Source of the DNA: Eledone cirrhosa
Taxonomy: Eukaryota
Direction of reading: 5' to 3'
NCBI GenBank assembly: GCA_964016885.1
Contig: OZ024744.1
Span: 108,686,001-108,750,000, forward strand
DNA: 64,000 bases
Positions 55,001 through 64,000 of this stretch are shown here, piece by piece. The position numbers and the translations under genes are program-made. Under the pieces are notes generated by a model. It was not told the origin of the DNA. It searched no databases and saw only the letters and a program-made list of their open reading frames with translations. Numbering within the stretch: position 1 is the first letter of the stretch; every line of letters starts with the position of its first letter.

Positions 55001-57241
55001 AGAGTCGGTGGTGGATTTCAGTCCCTTCCTTCGACAGCCTACCACGTCACTCAACGGCGGATGCTGGGCGCTGCGACAGATTCGGGATGCCCTAGTCGGC
55101 TGCATGAGGCACAAGTCACTCGGTTTTAATAGTCTTCACTACGAGCTATACATAGATATGCCACAGTTGTTCTCTGATCTCCTCGAAGCGCTCTACTGAA
55201 ACTGGCAGCAGAACGGGAGTATTCCCAGTTCTGTGAGCCGAGGCGTAGTGATAAGGAAAGACGAGAACAAGAGGGACGCTTTAGACAACTTCAGGCCCAT
55301 AACTCTGCTAAACACAGAGTTTAAGATTTTGACCAAGGTGTTAGCGAAGAGATTGGAGCTTTTCGTTGAGGATTTGGTCGGGAGGCGCAAACTTGCGCAA
55401 TCCCGACAGGTTCATACACGACAATACATCATATAGAGGGTTGAGTGTAAACCTGGCTTCGGTGGGGCTCTGATCAATTTAGATCAAAAGAAAGCTTACG
55501 ATAAGGTCGACCATCGATACCCGGAGGCTCTCTTCAGAGAGCTCTCTTCAGAGGTCGGATCGCCGCAATGCACAGCAACATCTGCTCCGTGGTCAAAGGT
55601 AATGGCCACCTTTCGGTACCGTTTCAGATCTCCCGATCGGTCCGTCAAGGGTGCCCTCTCTCCTCCCCTTTGTACGTTTTGACTCTCGAGCCTTTACTGC
55701 GGAAGCTGGGGCATTCCGCTCGAACCAGGACATGGAAGGGCTGTGTCGGCGCATGTGGACATCACCGTGATGGTGTCAGACACCTCGGAAATAGAAGTGG
55801 TCGGCACCGTATTGGAAGAATATGAAAGGTTGACAGAAGCGAAACTTAACCCGGAAAAGTTGGTGGGCTTGCAGCTCGGCACCTGGAGAGGCAAGTCCAT
55901 GTCGTCCAACAGCTTCGTAGGGCGCTGGACGGACCGGTAAAGTGTTTAGTTCTAACTTGACCTCCAGGTGGATAACAATTGGGATGAGGTTGCTAAATTG
56001 GAAGGATTCCTTTTCAACTTTTTGTGGAATGGACAGGCTCCGTTGGTGAGGCGGTCAATCTGCTGCCAGCACCCTCCACGTGGAGGGCCGGGCACGCTGT
56101 GGATGATGATGCGCAAATATGTTCTGAGGCTGCGGCATCTCCAGATATTCTGTCTAAACGGTGAACAGGTGTAGTCGCCGTTTGTCAGACTGGTCTTTCC
56201 ACAGCTTGTCTCTTTGCCTGAGCTGCAGTCCTGGTACAAGAAGACACCGAGACTGGGTGACTGGCATCTGGAATGTTGCCAGGGTGACTGACATCTGGAA
56301 TGTTGCCAGGCACTCACTGCCCTCCATCAGGCGGGCAATGCGATCAGTGGAACTTCCACTCTCGACTTCTATAGAGGATTAGTGGTGGGGAAAGTGCGAC
56401 GACGCACTCGAAGAGGCTCTGGTTGTAGAGGAAGTCTAACTGACCAGTCTTTTCGGAGGACTCTCAAGCCGGGGATGATGGATAACTGCCAGAAATCCCT
56501 CTCTTATCAGAGCTACCGGAGGGCACTGCCGGTTCGAGATAAACTCTACAGGCATGGAAGTGCTGTCAGACGGACCTACCCGAGATGCGACAACCGTTCT
56601 GCACGCACTCACCCAGTGTCTGTGCAGTACTTAATGTTGTCGCGTATAGAACGGATCCGACTATCGGCCGAGTCCATAGTGAAGATAAACTCGCCGCCTT
56701 CTTTTTGCCAGAAAGGGTAGGCAATTTTCCTCCGTCTGGTGACAGTTGCGAAAGAGGTTGTATGGTGGACGAGATTGAAAGGACTGAAGACAGACACTTT
56801 TCTCTTCGGCCAATCCCTCAACTTTTTCAAGTTTCATTTGAAAAGGGGGGGGTGAGGGTGAGGGTGAGGGGGAGAGAGAATTCCCCCCCCCCCCCATCCC
56901 AGTATATTTGCTAAAGGTGGGTGATTGTAGCGAGAATGGCCCGTGTGCATGAACCTATTCTGAGTATGCACCTGTAGGCTGGTTAAATTAAGGGGTAGAG
57001 GGATGCCCTTCACGAGTGCCCTTGAAAAAGGCGGAAGGTTCAGGATTGGAAGGGTAACTGAGTGGTTCGCTATTGGGGAATTCATTTCGTTATATTTTTA
57101 TATATTTTTTATTTTAATATATTTGCATTATTGATTGTTTTTGTTATCGATTATTTTCACTCAATTTTATTGTAAACCTCCACCAACGCTGTCTTTGTAT
57201 TGCCCCCTATATGTCGGCCCTTGCGGCCAATAAATGTAATC
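52030..57241 (+). mobile_element. L1/Tx1-like LINE copy 5, near full length, decayed
   Basis: ORF1 homolog; ORF2 ATG at 53787; RT; 3' AATAAATGTAATC(ATT)n. Confidence 0.88.
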
Positions 57242-57264
57242 ATTATTATTATTATTATTACATA

Positions 57265-57740
57265 ATGGCAGTATCGGTAGGGGGTTGGACGCCATGCTTT
57301 CTAGCATAGTTACGTCCCTTTACGGTTTGAGTTCAAATCCCGCCGAGGTTGACTTTGCCTTTCATCCTTACGGGGTCGATAAAATAAAGTACCAGTAATG
57401 TACTGGTTAATTGCTGGCCTTGTGCCAAAAGTAGAAACAATTATTACATAATGGCGGAGGATTGGCAGTATCGGTAGAGGATCGGACGCCATGCTCTTTG
57501 AAGCATAGAGTTACGGCCCTTTACAGTCTGAGTTCAAATCCCGCCGAGATTAATTTTGCCTTTCCTCATTATGGGGTCGATAAAATAAAGTACCAGTATT
57601 ACACTGGGTAATTGCTGGCCTTGTGCCAAAAGTAGAAACAATTATTTGCCTTTCGTCCTTACGGGGTCGATAAAATAAAGTACCAGTAATACACTGGGTA
57701 TTTGCTGGCCTTGTGCCTAACGTAGAAACAATTATTATTA
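57265..57740 (+). mobile_element. Tandem trio of Nin-like SINEs
   Basis: Cores at ~57350, ~57550 and ~57650. Confidence 0.85.
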
Positions 57741-58039
57741 CATATAAAAATAAGAATACTCTTCGCCAGAAGAATTTCCTTCTTCCACAATTCTGCTAGT
57801 TCTCTTCCTCTTTCAATCTTTTCTATATTTCATGTACCCGTTACCCACCTCGTGGATTCTCTCTCTGTTGACCACTGGTCATTGGTCTCTGTCCGCTGAT
57901 TCATTTTTGCCCATCGCTGTCCTTGGCAGCATTTTGGCTGTTCTAGCGATGAGGTTTCTTATTTCTATAAGTATTTAAGTACAGACTCCCTTCGTGTCGA
58001 TCAGAGATAACAATGTTTTTCATTTAATATTATTATTAT

Positions 58040-58300
58040 TTCATTTTATTTGCCACAAGGGCCAACAAAAGGGAGGGAGCAATACAATAGACAGGGACAG
58101 TTGGGCGGGGTGGTACACTGAAATCGAGTAGAAAGAAATTAACAAACACATAACAATGAAGAAAAGAATTGCAACAAAGACAATTCCCTTACAGGAGGGA
58201 AGACCACCCTGGGGTGATTCAAGAACCTCACCAATCCTGAACTACCTGGTGCTACCTTAGGTGGGCGCCCCTTTCTTCTCTAAATCAGCCGGCCTACTGG
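58040..58300 (-). mobile_element. L1/Tx1 3' UTR fragment, antisense, ending in (AAT)n
   Basis: Homologous to 31400-31680. Confidence 0.7.
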
Positions 58301-58319
58301 TGAAAGTTTTTATTTTCAG

Positions 58320-59450
58320 GTTCCACCAGTATTCCATAATGCCATCTAACTAAACATATTCCTCCTCATTTGTTTTTAATTTTTTTTTCCTAAGTACATT
58401 CCAGATAGTTCTAGCTATGACATTGTGTCTCATAGGGAGGTAGTAACGAGATGACATTCTTTCACAGTTGGCAACAATGTGGCTAACATTTTTTTATCTT
58501 TGTTTTACACAGCCTACATTTATTGTCGACTGATGGCCCTCCTATTTTGTGCAGCAGATATTTGATAGGGATTTCTTGTTCCTGTATTGTATAGAGATAT
58601 CCTTTAAGGTGGGATGTCATAAACTTGTCGGAACTCCATGCCAGGATTTTTGAATGATTTATCCCCTCTATGGTCTGTTTTTTTTTTTCGTCTCAGGTAC
58701 CCATGTACAACTTTCTCTGTAAATTGGTCTATTTTTTAAAAATCTTGTTCGAGCATTGAATAGGATCTTCCAATGTTCCTGGGAGGGAGATTTATATCAG
58801 GCTTTATTCCATGTCTCTCCTCCAGAGCAGTGGCTATCCTAATGATATTATTATGTTCATACTCATAAACCTGGGCAAGATGGTTGCTGACCTTTTTCTT
58901 CTGTTGAACATGTTGCTTCAGTGTTACTATCCAGGTCTTGTATGATATTAATATGGATTTTAAACCCCAGCCACCTTCCTTGTGTGAGAAATATAGTATA
59001 GTCACATCACCATTGATGTTATAGTTTCCAGTAACACTAAGAAGCTTGCGAGTTCTTACATCCATCTCACATAGTTCTTGCAATGACCAATTCAGCAGAC
59101 CAAATGTTGGTGTTAGGATTGGCACAACATAAGAATTGTGGGGAATGTATTTGTGGTACACTGATAGTTCTAATGACCTTATTTTCTTTACTCTCCTCAG
59201 ATATTCAATTCTGGTTCCCTCCTTATTAATGGGTCCATCATATCTGACATTGTCATCCAAGATATCTGTAGTTGTCACCTGGCTGTAGAGGTTGCATTGT
59301 CAAGCTTTTAAGTTCTAGATTTCCAGAGGAGGACACAAACCTTCCACGTTTTACTGTCAAATATGCACATTTGGACTCACCAAATTTCATTCCGATGTTT
59401 GTAGAAAAATGTGTAATGAAGTCCAATTGTTTGTTTATATAGTTGGTCAT
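58320..59450 (-). mobile_element. R4/Dong-like RT/thumb/zinc-knuckle remnant
   Basis: FSTNIGMKFG..KC, YRYLG, EY.RRVKKI..LEL, GG.GL, QEQEI, CRLC. Confidence 0.75.
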
Positions 59451-59582
59451 CAACAAAGAAAAGATGGGAGATAGCTCTGGACCCACTTCCATGACCACTT
59501 TGTTTTGTGAGCAGGCATGATAGTGGGTTTAGTGAGAGGATGAAGAGCAGCACTGATAAGCTACCACCCTAAAAGATGTATG

Positions 59583-59653
<71 letters not shown>

Positions 59654-59959
59654 GGAAAAATTTGAACAGGGACAAAACAGAGAGGCAGTACAATAAATGT
59701 TTATTAATTTCACGCTCAGGAGAGTGGGGGACCGATTGTGTAGTTGGTGGAGAAAGGATCTCAGGTTGGGCATGATGGGCGTTGAGTGAAAGCAGGGGGA
59801 GGGATGAGAGGACAGGGGTGTGAAGCGGGGTGGAGTGAACGAAGGGGTGAGTGCGAAGGATAGGCAGAGACGGGGAAGGGAAAATGAAACAGAAAAACGT
59901 AGGGAGGGGGGAGTAAACACAGGAAAATTAAAGACAAAAAATCATAAAGGTAAAAACAC

Positions 59960-59991
<32 letters not shown>

Positions 59992-60473
59992 GTTTGTATG
60001 TATGTATGTATCTAACAGGCTTTTAACACCAAAGATTCGAAGACATTTTACTCATTGATACTCTAATGCTTCGGCCCACCAACATCCTCAGTAACTCCTC
60101 TGAGATCTAAAGACGATGACAATATCATCATCAAAGAGCCATCAAAAATCCTTCAGCATTGGGAGGAACACTTTACTGACCTGTTTGACAACCAATCAGC
60201 AGTCAATTTTGGAGTGATAGAGGGCCTTCCTCAATGTGAAACAGTGCACCGTATGGATCGACTTTCCTCGACTGATGAAATAAAGCTGGCAGTCAAGCAG
60301 GTTAACTCTGGTAAGGCACTAGGTCCAGATGGTATCCCAGTCAAACTGCTGAAAGTCGGTAGTGATAATGTAACGGAAGTAATAAACATCTTCATCACTG
60401 ATTGCTGGAATGGGACCCCGGTTCCGCAAGACTGGATCAACGGTATTCTGTTATTATTATACAAAGGCAAAGG

Positions 60474-60656
60474 GCGGTGGATTGGCAGTATCGGTAGAGG
60501 GTCGGACGCCATGCTTTTCAGCATAGTTACGTCCCTTTACGATCTGAGTTCAAATCTCGCCGAGGTTGACTTTGCCTTTCATCCTTACGGGGTCGATAAA
60601 ATAAAGTACCAGTAATGCACTGGGTAATTGCTGGCCTTGTGCCTAAAGTAGAAACA
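60474..60656 (+). mobile_element. Full-length Nin-like SINE with an ~18-bp TSD
   Basis: ATTATACAAAGGCAAAGG at 60456-60473 and 60657-60674. Confidence 0.9.
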
Positions 60657-62064
60657 ATTATACAAAGGCAAAGGTGAAAAATCGATATGTGGCAACTACC
60701 GTGTCATCACTTTGTTGGAAGCTGTTGGCAAGGTTCTCGCGAGACTTTTGCTCAACAGACTGGAGGAGGATATTTGTCCTATAGCTCTCCCAGAATCACA
60801 GAGAGGTTTTAGAAGAGGAAGAGGAACAGTTGCCATGATTTTCTCTGTAAGACAAATACAAGAAAAATGCATTGAGCAGTGTGTTCCCCTATATCAAGTC
60901 TTTGTCGACCTAACGGCACAGTTAACAGTGATGCACTCTGGATAATACTTGAAAAAGTAGGATGTCCACCCAAGTTTGTGAGTATGCTAAAGCAGCTGCA
61001 CAGAAATATGGAAGCTCAAGTTACCTTCAATGGCCAACTATCTGGGGAAATCCCAATTCTCCATCTTCTTTGCTACCTTGCTCACACATACTTTCCATGA
61101 TTGTGACAGAGGCATTCTCTTACGGTTCAGAACCACTGGAAAGGTTTTCAACTTAAGAAGGTTTAATGCCAAGACAAAAACTGTTCAAGCTTTGATCAGA
61201 GACCTTCTTTATGCCGACGACGCTGACTTCCTAGCACTCACAGAAGCTGACATGCAGCACATTATGGACAGTTTCTCATCCTCGTGTACAGCATTTGGGC
61301 TTACAATCAGCGTTAAAAAGACCAAAGTAATGTTTACTTCTGCTCCTGGAGAAGCATATACTGAACCTAATATTATGGTTGATGGAACCAGGTCGGGAAT
61401 AGTAGATAAATTTGTCTACTTGGGTAGCACACTCTCAAATGATGGCTCCTTGGTTACTGAAATACATCTGCGCACCAAGAAGCCCTCTGTGTTGCCTTAA
61501 AACAATTGGAAAAGAGAGTTTGGGCAAATCGCAACATTACCAACAATTCCAAGGTGTATATGTATAGATCATGTATTGTGTCAGCTCTTTTATACTCTGC
61601 TGAAACCTGGACGTTATTCCACACATCAAATTGTCTGAGCGATTTCAGCAGAAATGTTTAAGGCGCATATTCAACATCAAGTGGTAAGACAGAACTCCTG
61701 ACATCGATGTCCTTGTCAAAGCAGAATGTCCTAGCATTAAGTTTCAAGTAACATCTTCTCAAATACACTGGACAGGACATATCGTCCGCATGAAAGAAAG
61801 AGCAGGATCCTGAAGCAACTGTTTTACTGTGACTCCATCTTGGAAAAAAGCCTCAACACAAACCGAAAGTGAGGTACAAGGAGAGTATCAAGAACAACCC
61901 CCAAAGAGCTGGCATTTGATAAAGACAACTGTGAGGAGATAGCTCTAAATAGGGCTGAGTAGAGAAAGCACATAAAGGGCAATTGCAAAATGTTTGAAGA
62001 ATGTCGTCTAGAACATAAACAACTGAAGTGTCAACTCCAGAAGGGCTGTGGTCACAGTCTAGAT

Positions 62065-62840
62065 GAAGTCATCAGTAGCTGGACATGTAATTTCTATCAG
62101 TGTGTACACCTCTCAAAGGCTGGTTATGTTAATCACCTGAAGTCATCAATAGCTGGACATGTAATTTCTACCAGTGTGTACTCCTCTCAAAGGCTGGTTA
62201 TGTTAATCACCTGAAGTCATCAGTAGTTGGACATGTAATTTCTACCAGTGTGTACTCCTCTCAAAGGCTGGTTATGTTAATCACCTGAAGTCATCAGTAG
62301 CTGGACATGTAATTTCTACCAGTGTGTACTCCTCTCAAAGGCTGGTTAGTAACCAGTTAGTCACCAGTAAGTCACCCAGTAAGTCACCTGAAGTCATCAG
62401 TAGCTGGACATGTAATTTCTACCAGTGTGTACTCCTCTCAAAGGCTGGTTATGTTAATCACCTGAAGTCATCAGTAGCTGGACATGTTATGTCTATCAGT
62501 GTGTACTCCTCTCCAAGGCTGGTTATGTTAATCACCTGAAGTCATCAGTAGCTGGACATGTAATTTCTACCAGTGTGTACTCCTCTCCAAGGCTGGTTAT
62601 GTTAATCACCTGAAGTCATCAGTAGCTGGACATGTAATTTCTACCAGTGTGTACTCCTCTCAAAGGCTGGTTATGTTAATCACCTGAAGTCATCAGTAGC
62701 TGGACATGTAATTTCTACCAGTGTGTACTCCTCTCAAAGGCTGGTTAAGTTAATCACCTGAAGTCATCAGTAGCTGGACATGTAATTTCTACCAGTGTGT
62801 ACTCCTCTCATAGGCTGGTTATGTTAATCACCGGAAGTCA
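62065..62840. repeat. 74-bp tandem satellite, ~10 copies
   Basis: Unit GAAGTCATCAGTAGCTGGACATGTAATTTCTACCAGTGTGTACTCCTCTCAAAGGCTGGTTATGTTAATCACCT starting at 62065, 62139, 62213, 62287... Confidence 0.95.
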
Positions 62841-63148
62841 CATGAAAGGATAACTACCCACAACACCACTCAACAAAGACCTGGTGAAACAACGTGTGTG
62901 ATATGCTACAAAGTGTGTAGAACTAGTTCTGGACTAAAAAGACACATGGTGGTACATAAAGATTGTGTCCCACAGAGTGACCCCACCAGTCCTGTGGAAA
63001 GCACAACTCTCTTCTGTCACCTGTGTTGTAAACCATGAAGATCTACAGCTGGCCTATAAACTCATCTACGAAGTCATGGACGTGGATGGGATGACAATGA
63101 AGAATCAATAAGAGATGGCAATCATCTGTGAAGACGCTGCAAACCTCA

Positions 63149-63645
63149 TATATATATATGTGTGTATGTGTATGTCTGTTTGTATATATGTATGTATGTT
63201 TGCATGTATGCATGCATGCATGTATGCGTGTATGCATGTTTGTGTATATGTATATAATCATGTATGTATGTATGAATGTATGTGTGTGTGTATATGTATG
63301 TACGTACGTACGTATGTATGTGTGCATGTTTGTGTATATGTATATAATCATGTATGTATGTATGAATGTATGTGTGTGTGTATGTATGTACGTACGTATG
63401 TATGTGTGCATGTTTGTGTATATGTATATAATCATGTATGTATGAATGTATGTGTGTGTGTATGTATGTACGTACGTATGTATGTGTGCATGTTTGTGTA
63501 TATGTATATAATCATGTATGTATGTATGAATGTATGTGTGTGTGTATGTATGTACATACGTATGTATGTATGTGTATATGTATGTATACATGTATGTACT
63601 ATGTATGTATGTGTGTCTGTGAATGTATGTATGTGCATGTGTATT

Positions 63646-63689
<44 letters not shown>

Positions 63690-63810
63690 ATATGTGGGTA
63701 GGTATGTATATATGTTTGTGAGTTTGTATGTAATGAATGTGCGTATATGTATGTTGTTTATACATATGTGTGTGTATGTATGGTGTATGTGTGATATATG
63801 TGTCGTGTAT
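63149..63810. repeat. Compound TA/TG/TATG microsatellite with higher-order repetition
   Basis: Direct reading. Confidence 0.9.
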
Positions 63811-63961
63811 CATGCGCCTCTAACGTTGCTACAGCAGGGAGCCATTGCTACCTTCACTAAATACTCTGCGCAACACACTGCTATGCTGGAAATAGCAGCT
63901 AAATACTCAGTAAAGCACACCCTATTATCTTATAGAGGACGACATACTCGATTGCGAGGTC

Positions 63962-64000
<39 letters not shown>

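Larger units (their letters stand above)
60010..63148 (+). mobile_element. RTE (BovB-like) LINE, 5'-truncated, with C-terminal C2H2-like motifs; interrupted by a SINE and a satellite
   Basis: GKA.GPDGIP, LPESQ.GFR.GRGT..MIF..RQIQEK, LLYADD, FVYLGS, CVICYKVC...LKRHMVVH. Confidence 0.85.

Noticed and set aside
62065-63080. Host C2H2 zinc-finger gene
   Set aside because: Contiguous with the RTE ORF end, lacks TGEKP linkers, contains stops, and the 74-bp unit breaks frame

Overview
Eukaryotic, gene-free, repeat-saturated genomic DNA, most likely from an octopod cephalopod (inferred from the SINE families; not verifiable here). I see no host exons or intact genes; most listed ORFs are microsatellite artefacts or decayed retroelement frames. 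1-16 kb: (TA)n microsatellites hosting Penelope-like elements (two Naiad-type, one Neptune-type) and several short, non-coding PLE-terminal-repeat/retrozyme-like units carrying minimal type I hammerhead ribozymes. At least eight hammerhead motifs can be folded by eye. Three have the compensatory U3:A8 core, three have a C10.1.A11.1 mismatch, and one repeat copy is truncated exactly at its predicted cleavage site. 17-63 kb: a nested cluster built around (TTA)n tails, with about 15 Nin-domain-like tRNA SINEs, five co-oriented L1/Tx1-like LINE copies, antisense R4/Dong-like fragments, two CRE-clade LINEs, a Ty3/Gypsy LTR element with a 5-bp TSD, RTE LINEs, non-autonomous Helitrons, and a 74-bp satellite amplified from an RTE zinc-finger codon block.
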